Part shown: in pieces, positions 57,150-64,000 of the stretch
Layout: each line of letters begins with the position of its first letter
Position numbering within the stretch: position 1 is the first letter of the stretch
Origin: Candidatus Latescibacterota bacterium
GTDB lineage: Bacteria; Latescibacterota; UBA2968; UBA8231
Reading direction: 5' to 3'
Length of the DNA stretch: 64,000 nucleotides
Assembly: GCA_965221775.1 (NCBI GenBank)
Contig: CBDCSU010000006.1
Span: forward strand, 1,248,001 to 1,312,000
The notes under the pieces: model-generated
Database searches by the model: none
Told to the model about the DNA's origin: nothing
Seen by the model: the letters and a program-made list of their open reading frames with translations, nothing else
Made by a program: the position numbers and the translations under genes

Positions 57150-57902
57150 ATGAGACTGATCATCACCGGATGCGAGCACGTGGGCAAGACGACGCTCGCC
57201 GCCGGCGTGTCGCGCTGGCTCGCCGACCTCACGGGCTACAGCAGGTCGTTCCACGATCACTTCACCCTCCCCTCCCCGGAGGTGGCCGGCGAGGACCGCG
57301 AGCTGTTCATGCGCATGAGTCCGGCCTTCAAGGAGCGGTTCCAGCGCTATCAGATGGCGTACCACGCCGGGGGCTCCTTCCTGTCAGGCGACGATCATCT
57401 TCTCGTGGGCTACCACATCGAGGAGGCGGTCTTCGCGCCGCTGTACTACGGCTACGGCGCCCGCGGTGAGTATGCGGACCGCTCCGTCTATGCCCGGCGT
57501 ATCGAGCGAGACATCATGAAGGATTCTCCGGACACCATCCTGGTGCTGATGACGGCCCGGCCCGATGTGATCAAGGAGCGGATGCGCCGCGACCCCATGC
57601 CGCGGGATCAGAAGGGCCGGCGGCCGGGAGTCCTCCGCGAGGAGGACGTGGAGCACGTCCTCGGGAGGTTCCAGGAGGAGTTCGCCGCGTCGCTGATCCG
57701 CAGGAAGTTCGTCATCGACAACTCCGACCTCTCGCCCGGGGAGACGCTCTCGGAGTTCACCTGGAAGGCGCAGAAGTTCCTCTCCCACGAGGACCGGACG
57801 CGCATCGCCGCAAGGCAGGTTCTCGAGGAGCGCGGCGAGCACCGGGAAGGCGTGGTCGAGGGCGACAAGACGCTCCCGGCCGAGAAGCGGATCTCGATAT
57901 AG
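57150..57902 (+). CDS. P-loop nucleoside-monophosphate-kinase-like protein
   Basis: MRLIITGCEHVGKTT Walker A; ILVLMTARPDVIKERM; IDNS. Confidence 0.7.
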   Translation: MRLIITGCEHVGKTTLAAGVSRWLADLTGYSRSFHDHFTLPSPEVAGEDRELFMRMSPAFKERFQRYQMAYHAGGSFLSGDDHLLVGYHIEEAVFAPLYYGYGARGEYADRSVYARRIERDIMKDSPDTILVLMTARPDVIKERMRRDPMPRDQKGRRPGVLREEDVEHVLGRFQEEFAASLIRRKFVIDNSDLSPGETLSEFTWKAQKFLSHEDRTRIAARQVLEERGEHREGVVEGDKTLPAEKRISI

Positions 57903-57918
57903 TCCGCGCCCCCTGCGG

Positions 57919-59061
57919 CTACTCGCACGGCTGCCAGAGCGGCTCGCCGTCGTCGAGCATGCTCTGCAGGAACGCCTCGTTCAGCTCCACCCCGAGCCCC
58001 GGCTTCTCGGTCAGCACCACCTGCCCCTGCTGAATCACCGGCTCGTCGGAGATCAACACGTCGCTCCAGGTCGGGTCGTCGTAGCGGTGGAACTCCAGGG
58101 CGAGGAAGTTGGGCACACTGGCGCAGACGTGGGCGTCGGCCACGGTGCTCAAGGCGCTGGAGTTGTTGTGCGGGGCGAAGGGGATGTAGTAGCTCTCCGC
58201 CATGTTGGCGATCTTGCGGCACTCGGACAGGCCGCCGCACTTGGAGATGTCGGGCATGATGATGTCGACGGCCTGCCGCTCGATCATGTCGCGGAAGCCG
58301 TAGCGCAGGTAGGCGTTCTCGCCGGCGCAGATCGGGGTACGGGTCGAGTCGGTTATGCGCTTGAGGGCGTCCATGTTCTCGGGCGGCACCGGCTCTTCGA
58401 GCCACATCAGGTTCAGGTCCTCCAGGGCATGGGCGAACTTCATGCCGGCGGTGACGTCGTAGCGCCCGTGCAGGTCGATGGCCAGGTCCATGCGGGGACC
58501 GACGGCCTCGCGGATCCGGTGCACCCGGTCGACGAGGTCCTCCAGCTCGGCGGGGGCCACTGACCAGTTCCAGGGATCGAGCTTCTCGGGGTGGCCGGCA
58601 TCGTCGAGATCAAACTTGATCGCCGTGAAGCCTTCGGCCCGGACCTCCTCGGCGCGCTGCTTGTAGTCGGAATGGGCGCTGTCGACGTAGAGGCGCACCC
58701 GGTCGCGGAACTTCCCTCCCAGCAGGCGGTAGACGGGAACGCCCTGCGCCTTGCCGGCCAGATCCCACAGGGCGATTTCGATTCCCGTCAGGGCCGAGAT
58801 CCCCAATCCCGCCATGCCGCCGCGGAAGATGTAACCGCGGCGAATCCCCTCGAAGAGCGCGTCCACGTCGCGCGGGTCCTTGCCGATGAGCTGGCCCGCC
58901 ATGGTCCGGGTGGAGCCGCGCCAGCCGCCGTCGACGTGGCTGGCCTCGCCGGTGCCGTAGACGCCCTCGTCGGTGTGGATGCGCACGTAGTGGTAGAGGT
59001 ATCGCGGTTGGCCGTCGACCCTCATCCGCACTTCAGCGGTCTGGACTTCCGTGATCTTCAA
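57919..59061 (-). CDS. Mandelate racemase/acid-sugar dehydratase family (DgoD-like)
   Basis: TDEGVYGTGE, IALWDLAGK..GVPVY.LLGG, KFD, IDLH, WLEEP, AGEN, PHN, PGLGVELN. Confidence 0.9.
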   Translation of the reverse strand: MKITEVQTAEVRMRVDGQPRYLYHYVRIHTDEGVYGTGEASHVDGGWRGSTRTMAGQLIGKDPRDVDALFEGIRRGYIFRGGMAGLGISALTGIEIALWDLAGKAQGVPVYRLLGGKFRDRVRLYVDSAHSDYKQRAEEVRAEGFTAIKFDLDDAGHPEKLDPWNWSVAPAELEDLVDRVHRIREAVGPRMDLAIDLHGRYDVTAGMKFAHALEDLNLMWLEEPVPPENMDALKRITDSTRTPICAGENAYLRYGFRDMIERQAVDIIMPDISKCGGLSECRKIANMAESYYIPFAPHNNSSALSTVADAHVCASVPNFLALEFHRYDDPTWSDVLISDEPVIQQGQVVLTEKPGLGVELNEAFLQSMLDDGEPLWQPCE

Positions 59062-59071
59062 CGGGGTTTCC

Positions 59072-60610
59072 TCACGAATAGGCGATGACCAGCTCGATCC
59101 CCATGATGCGCAGGCTCTCCTGGCCGTCGATCCGATCGAGCGCTACCTCGACCTGGTTGGTTCCCTGTACGACCGGCACATCGCCGAAGGTCACGGTCGT
59201 GCTCGACGGCAGTTCGATCCGGTGCCCTGAATCCAGGAGCTGGCCGTTCAGGGAGACCGATGCCTCCGCGAGGGCGGGGTCGTACTCGCGGCAGGTGATC
59301 CGCAGCCAGGTGTCGGCCAGGGCCCGCTCCCGCCGCGCGGCTTCGACATCGTCCCCCACCACGATGGCGAAAGCCTGACTCTGGCCAGCCTCCGCCAGCT
59401 CATACGGGAGGGGCATCTCGCCGCCCCGATCGGGCGTGTTCAGCTGCATGTCCACGCTCACGGTGTAGCGCTTGTTCCTGCGGGCGATCCGTTGCGGGTC
59501 GTGGATCTCCCGGAGCAGCTGGATCTCGTCCGGGGTGTAGCACTCGCTGCCCGTCTTCGGCAGCCGGTGGCAGTCGTAGTTGAACAGGTAGATGACGCTC
59601 GCCCCCTGGTGGTAGAAGCTCGATGCCGCGGCGTACAGCATATCGTTGCCGGCGTACCCGTACACCTTGGAAGCGCGCTCCAGGCCGCCGCCGATCCGGC
59701 AGGAGGTCCCCTCGGCCAGTTCCGAGAACGCGGCAATCTCGGCCCCCATGTCGAGGTAGGCATTGTCCATGGGGATGAACAGGTCGGCCAGTTCCTCCCG
59801 GATCCAGGTGGGCACGTCGAGCCCCGTGTCCAGACAGCGCTGGCGAGTCGGCGGGACCCGGAACATCAGCGTGAAGGGCCGCCCCTTCCTCTTCGCGATC
59901 TCGGCGGTGCCGGCTCTGACCTTGCGCACGAGGTCCGTCATGAGCGGCATGCCCTCGGCTTCTTCTCCCTGCTTGAAGTACCAGCGTCCGCGCTGGAAGT
60001 CCATCTCGAAGCCGTCGACGTCGTAGCGCTCGCAGGTCTCCAGGATCAGGCCGAGCTTGCGATCGCGCACCTCCTCGCGGGCGAAGTCGAAGGCCCAGGT
60101 GAAGTCGTCCTGCCGGTAGCCGGGGTACCCGGAGACCTTGGGGTAAGGCGACCCGATCAGCAGCTCCGGGTGCTCCTTCTTGAAGGTGCTGCGCAAGGCG
60201 CTCCAGCGCCCGGTGTCGTCCTCGTGGATGTCGTTCATCCGCAGGGCGGGCCAGAACTGCATCCCCCGCTCGTGGGCCCGCGCCGCCAGCAACTCGATGA
60301 TGTTGACCCCCTGGTCGAGCAGCGCCTTGGTGCTGTCGGCCATCCAGCGCACGTACTCCAGTCCCTCGGCCTGCGGCCACTCGGTGACGTTGGAGCCGTA
60401 GACCTCGCCGAACTCCGACGGGTGGGAAAAGGTCTCGTCGCCGCGCCCCATGGAGTTGGTGAAGACCTCGACCTTGGTGCCGGCGATCTCCTCGATGTCG
60501 CGGCAGGCCTGCTCCGGTGTGATCGGCGCTTCGAAGGCGATGTATGTCGTCGAGTCGCCGTCGGAGTTGAAGATCAGTCGAGGGATGTCCGGGCTCATGG
60601 CAGTTCTCAC
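59072..60610 (-). CDS. Putative glycoside hydrolase (GHL10-like TIM barrel)
   Basis: RLIFNSDG, ALRMNDIH, FDFAREEVRD, ERYDVDGFEMDFQR, IYLFNY. Confidence 0.65.
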   Translation of the reverse strand: MRTAMSPDIPRLIFNSDGDSTTYIAFEAPITPEQACRDIEEIAGTKVEVFTNSMGRGDETFSHPSEFGEVYGSNVTEWPQAEGLEYVRWMADSTKALLDQGVNIIELLAARAHERGMQFWPALRMNDIHEDDTGRWSALRSTFKKEHPELLIGSPYPKVSGYPGYRQDDFTWAFDFAREEVRDRKLGLILETCERYDVDGFEMDFQRGRWYFKQGEEAEGMPLMTDLVRKVRAGTAEIAKRKGRPFTLMFRVPPTRQRCLDTGLDVPTWIREELADLFIPMDNAYLDMGAEIAAFSELAEGTSCRIGGGLERASKVYGYAGNDMLYAAASSFYHQGASVIYLFNYDCHRLPKTGSECYTPDEIQLLREIHDPQRIARRNKRYTVSVDMQLNTPDRGGEMPLPYELAEAGQSQAFAIVVGDDVEAARRERALADTWLRITCREYDPALAEASVSLNGQLLDSGHRIELPSSTTVTFGDVPVVQGTNQVEVALDRIDGQESLRIMGIELVIAYS

Positions 60611-61608
60611 AGGGCAAACGAGGGAATGTCGAGAAACGCGCCCCCCTGCCGGGCCGACTCCTGGGCCAGCAGGCAGGCCTGGGCCGTGGCGAAGACCGAG
60701 CGGGTGGGGATGAAGGGATCGGCGCCGCCTTCGATGGCATCGATCAGGTCGGCGACGAAGACGCCGCCGCGGCCTTCGGGCAGGTCGGGTGTGTACGGTT
60801 CGCGGTCGTTGGTGGCGATGAGCAGGTGGTCCTCGGCGTAGGCGCGCAGGTGCGCCGAGCCGGCCGTGCCCATGATGATGAAGCGGGTGTCGCCGAAGGA
60901 GGGCGAGGCTTGGGGCGTGAGCCAGTCGGCGGTGAGGGTGGCCAGGGCGCCGTCGGAGAGCGCGAAGGAGGCCTGCACGTGGTCCTCCAACTGCGGCTCA
61001 TCGGTGAACCGCTGGCAGGTGGTGAGGGCGTGAACGCCGACGCACTCGGCGCCGGTGAGCCAGCGCACTTGGTCGACGCCGTGGCAGGCGAGGTCGTGGA
61101 AGGGCCCCGTGTACTGCTCCGGGTCGAAGTACCAAGCGGGGGCCGTGGCGCGGGTGATCTTGTGCGGGTGGGTGGAGACGAGACTTGCGATGGTCCCCAG
61201 CTCCCCGTCGAGAAGGGCCCGTCGCAGGGCGATGAAGGGCGGATAGCTGCGCGAGGTGAACCACATGGTCACCTGGATCGAGCTGGCGGCCACCGCGCGT
61301 CGCATGCGCTCCCAGTCGTCGAGGGAGTGGCACAGGGGCTTGTCGAGAAGCAGGTGAATCCCGGCGCCGGCGCAAGTCTCCACCAAGGCGGTCTTCTCGC
61401 GGTGGATCAGGCCTTCGAGGATCAGCTCCGGCCGGGCTCGGTCGATCATCTGATCCAGGGTGGCGAAGCGGGGGATGGACGGGTAGCGCGCGCAGAGGGC
61501 GTCGTCCTCTTCCACCAGGCCGACGATCTCGCCGTTGGATGCCTGCTGCGCGGACTGGATCATGCCGCCGATGTGGCCGTAGTGGACGCCCACGATGCCG
61601 ATGCGCAT
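60607..61608 (-). CDS. Gfo/Idh/MocA family oxidoreductase
   Basis: IGIVG, LLDKPL, DLACHGVDQVRWLTG, MGTAG. Confidence 0.85.
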   Translation of the reverse strand: MRIGIVGVHYGHIGGMIQSAQQASNGEIVGLVEEDDALCARYPSIPRFATLDQMIDRARPELILEGLIHREKTALVETCAGAGIHLLLDKPLCHSLDDWERMRRAVAASSIQVTMWFTSRSYPPFIALRRALLDGELGTIASLVSTHPHKITRATAPAWYFDPEQYTGPFHDLACHGVDQVRWLTGAECVGVHALTTCQRFTDEPQLEDHVQASFALSDGALATLTADWLTPQASPSFGDTRFIIMGTAGSAHLRAYAEDHLLIATNDREPYTPDLPEGRGGVFVADLIDAIEGGADPFIPTRSVFATAQACLLAQESARQGGAFLDIPSFAL

Positions 61609-61757
61609 GGTCGACTCTCCGGGGTGGCGTGAGCGCGGGAACATAGGCCGCGCCGGATCGATGCGCTACGGCTGCGGCGGCGTATATTCGGGGCCTCGCA
61701 GGATCTGCTCGCCTTCGACGGGGGACGCACACCATGCGAGCCGAGACGGGAAATGCC

Positions 61758-62117
61758 ATGGCACGCAAGGCGAAGAAGAAGGCCGATGGCGAGGCGGAGG
61801 TCCTCGAGAAGATCGCCGCCATGCCGGAGCCCTACCGCGGCATGGGTGAACGTCTCCACGCGCTCATTCGACAGAGCGCGCCCGAGCTCAAACCAAGAGT
61901 GTGGTACGGCATGCCGGGATATGCCCTCGACGGACCCGTGCTCTGCTTCTTCCGGGCGGACGATCGCTACATGACCTTCGGTCTCACCGAGAAGGTGGAT
62001 CTCTCCGTCGAGGAGGGCGCCCCGAACCAGCTCATGGGCTGCGCGTGGTTCTTCACGGAGCTGGACGATGCAACCGAGGCTGGACTCTCGGAGATCGTGC
62101 GCAAGGCGGTGACCTGA
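61758..62117 (+). CDS. DUF1801 (YdhG-like) protein
   Basis: RLHALI..SAPEL.PRVWYGMPGYA..G..LCFF. Confidence 0.85.
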   Translation: MARKAKKKADGEAEVLEKIAAMPEPYRGMGERLHALIRQSAPELKPRVWYGMPGYALDGPVLCFFRADDRYMTFGLTEKVDLSVEEGAPNQLMGCAWFFTELDDATEAGLSEIVRKAVT

Positions 62118-62665
62118 TGAACCCCAAGGTGTGGCCGGAGGAGATGACCGCCCTGCGGCCGATCCTGCTCAACTGCGGGTTGACGGAGGAGATCAAGTGG
62201 CGCAAGCCGTGCTACAGCCACGAGGGCAAGAACATCGTCATCCTCCAGGAGATGAAGGAGTTCCTGGCCCTCATGTTCTTCAAGGGCGCCCTGTTGAAGG
62301 ACCCTGCAGGGGTGCTGGAGGACCAGGGGCCGAACTCGCGGTCCGCCCGCCGTATCCGGTTCACCTCGGTGGAGGACGTGGCCCGCCTGGCCGACACGGT
62401 CGAGGCGTACGTCGAAGAGGCGGTCGCCGTCGAGGAGGCGGGCCTGAAGGTGGACCCGGCCCCCGAACCCGTCCTGGTCGCGGAACTGCAGAGCCGCCTG
62501 GACCGGGACCCGGCGTTGAAGGCCGCCTTCGAGGCGCTGACCCCGGGGCGCCGGCGGGAGTACAACCTCTACTTCTCGGGTGCCAAACAGGCCGGCACCC
62601 GCGCGGCGCGGGTCGAGAGGTACGCTGCGAAGATCCTCGACGGCAGAGGCTTCCGGGACAGGTGA
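62117..62665 (+). CDS. YdeI/OmpD-associated (DUF1801 plus OmdA) protein
   Basis: EEIKWRKPCY, FFKGALLKDP, AAFEALTPGRRREY...AKQ..TR..R. Confidence 0.88.
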   Translation: MNPKVWPEEMTALRPILLNCGLTEEIKWRKPCYSHEGKNIVILQEMKEFLALMFFKGALLKDPAGVLEDQGPNSRSARRIRFTSVEDVARLADTVEAYVEEAVAVEEAGLKVDPAPEPVLVAELQSRLDRDPALKAAFEALTPGRRREYNLYFSGAKQAGTRAARVERYAAKILDGRGFRDR

Positions 62666-62693
62666 CCCTCGGCCCCTCCGAGGCTGGCTCGAC

Positions 62694-62894
62694 ATGCGCA
62701 AGATCGCGGTCTTCCTGCTGCTGGTCCTCCTGGTCTGGCTGGCGCTCATCTGGATGCGGGAGGAGGGGGTCCCCCTGAATCCGCGGCGCCTGCCGTTCGG
62801 CAGCCCCGATCGGTCCGGCTGGCTCTCCTTCCGGGGGGTGCACGGGTTCAAGGTGAACGTGTGGGTGGCGCCTCCCGAAGCGTCCGGTGCATGA
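62694..62894 (+). CDS. Small membrane protein (66 aa)
   Basis: N-terminal TM MRKIAVFLLLVLLVWLALIW; ATGA overlap with the next gene. Confidence 0.45.
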   Translation: MRKIAVFLLLVLLVWLALIWMREEGVPLNPRRLPFGSPDRSGWLSFRGVHGFKVNVWVAPPEASGA

Positions 62895-63937
62895 AGAAGG
62901 AGTCCATACTCGCCCACCGGCTCAGCCGCCACGGACTGCTGTCCCCCGCCCGCGGCGAGGAGGAGTACCGTGAGCTGGTCAGGAGGCTGCAGCCCGTGAC
63001 CCCCGTGGCCCGGGACATGCCCGGCGCGCCGCCGCGGATGATGCACCGCTGCCGCGGGGACGACCGCCCCCTGGCCGACCGACTGCGGGGCCGCCAGGAG
63101 CTGCTGAAGGGCCGGTTCTCCGGCGGCCGGATCGGCTATGTGCTGGCCGCGGATTTCGAGCTCTACGCCGCGGCCTTCCGCCGGCCGCTGAAGAGCCTCA
63201 ACAGCGTGCAGGATCGAGTCCTTCAGGCCCTCGGCTACCACGACGGGCTGTCCCCGCGCCAGCTGCGGCTGGAGACGGAGATACAACACAAGAAGCTGAT
63301 GCCGGCGCTGCATCGGCTGCAGGAGGCGTTTCTCGTCTTCGAGGATCAGAGCGACTCCGGCTGGGACCGGCTGTGGTCGCTGCTGGGTTCCGCCCATCCC
63401 GAGGTCGACCTGGACCGGCGGTCGTGGGAGGAAGCAGCCATGACGGTGATTCGGCGCTTCCTGCAGAGCCACGTCTTCGCCACCTTCCAGCAGCTGAAGA
63501 GCTGGTCCGGATTCACCGCACGAGGGCTGGCGACGGTCCTGGCCCAACTGGAAGGGGAAGGGCTCGCACCGGTTCAGGTGGAAGGCATGGGGGAGGGATG
63601 GACCTGCGTTGAGGACCGCGGCCTGGAACCGGCTCGAATGGACGAGAGTGTCTTCCTGCTTCACCAGGGAGATCCCATGGTCCTCCCCCACACGGCCGAG
63701 CTGAAGGAGCGCTTCGAAGGGCTGGAAGTGCTCGCTTACCTGCTCATCGACGGAGAGTTGACCGGGGCGGTGTGCGGCCATTGGCGCATCGGTCCCCACG
63801 ACGTGGAGGACATCGTCCTCACCCTGCCGCGAAGGGAGCGCATGCGGCGCAAGGAGGAAGTCGTGAAGGAGGTGGACCGCTTCTACCATCCTCCCGGACA
63901 CCGGATTCTGCGCTACGCCGGCACGACCCTGGATTGA
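62891..63937 (+). CDS. AlkZ/YcaQ-like winged-helix DNA glycosylase family protein
   Basis: RL.RHGL, RLQPV, RRFL..H.FAT...L.SWSG, LLHQGDP, LLIDGEL.G. Confidence 0.6.
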   Translation: MKKESILAHRLSRHGLLSPARGEEEYRELVRRLQPVTPVARDMPGAPPRMMHRCRGDDRPLADRLRGRQELLKGRFSGGRIGYVLAADFELYAAAFRRPLKSLNSVQDRVLQALGYHDGLSPRQLRLETEIQHKKLMPALHRLQEAFLVFEDQSDSGWDRLWSLLGSAHPEVDLDRRSWEEAAMTVIRRFLQSHVFATFQQLKSWSGFTARGLATVLAQLEGEGLAPVQVEGMGEGWTCVEDRGLEPARMDESVFLLHQGDPMVLPHTAELKERFEGLEVLAYLLIDGELTGAVCGHWRIGPHDVEDIVLTLPRRERMRRKEEVVKEVDRFYHPPGHRILRYAGTTLD

Positions 63938-63953
63938 CACAAGAGGTGAACTG

Positions 63954-64000
63954 ATGCGAATCGACGAGCTTGACGTCCACTACGTGGTCATGCCCCTCAT
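63954..64000 (+). CDS. Partial CDS at window end, probably enolase superfamily (o-succinylbenzoate synthase/N-acylamino acid racemase-like)
   Basis: GAGGTG SD; MRIDELDVHYVVMPL; only 15 codons visible. Confidence 0.4.
   Translation, partial: MRIDELDVHYVVMPL

Noticed and set aside
1-64000. CRISPR arrays, rRNA, tRNA and riboswitches
   Set aside because: No regularly spaced short repeats or recognisable RNA-gene motifs were seen; intergenic gaps are mostly short. A covariance-model scan would be needed to exclude small RNAs.

Overview
This is a GC-rich (roughly 65-70%), densely coding bacterial window. A Bacteroidota-style TonB receptor, a FlgD/T9SS-type tail remnant, several sialidase, PhyH, enolase-family and Gfo/Idh/MocA enzymes, and short SWGxxK tails suggest an FCB-group organism such as Latescibacterota or Gemmatimonadota; this assignment is an inference. 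No rRNA, tRNA, CRISPR array, transposase or integrase was recognised. Three accessory blocks stand out. (1) At 17.9-22.8 kb, a PLD-nuclease/P-loop ATPase fusion and two orphan ORFs lie between two ~479-bp direct repeats of the 3' end of a DUF362 gene. (2) At 28.3-32.9 kb, an apparent operon encodes two CxxC redoxins, an A24 prepilin-type peptidase and a precursor with a Flp-pilin-like leader (FIASEEG) and an 8-Cys defensin-like core. A tandem duplication follows, carrying a second, variant, truncated core. This is the best candidate for an undescribed system. (3) At 44.9-54.5 kb, a defence island holds a Wadjet-like jetABCD operon, a PD-(D/E)xK-like nuclease and a frameshifted HIRAN-type gene. 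Four secreted proteins from three unrelated families share a C-terminal [TS]-x-V-x-x-x-S-W-[GA]-x-[LI]-K motif that looks like a protein-sorting signal. All family calls come from reading motifs by eye; no database search was run.
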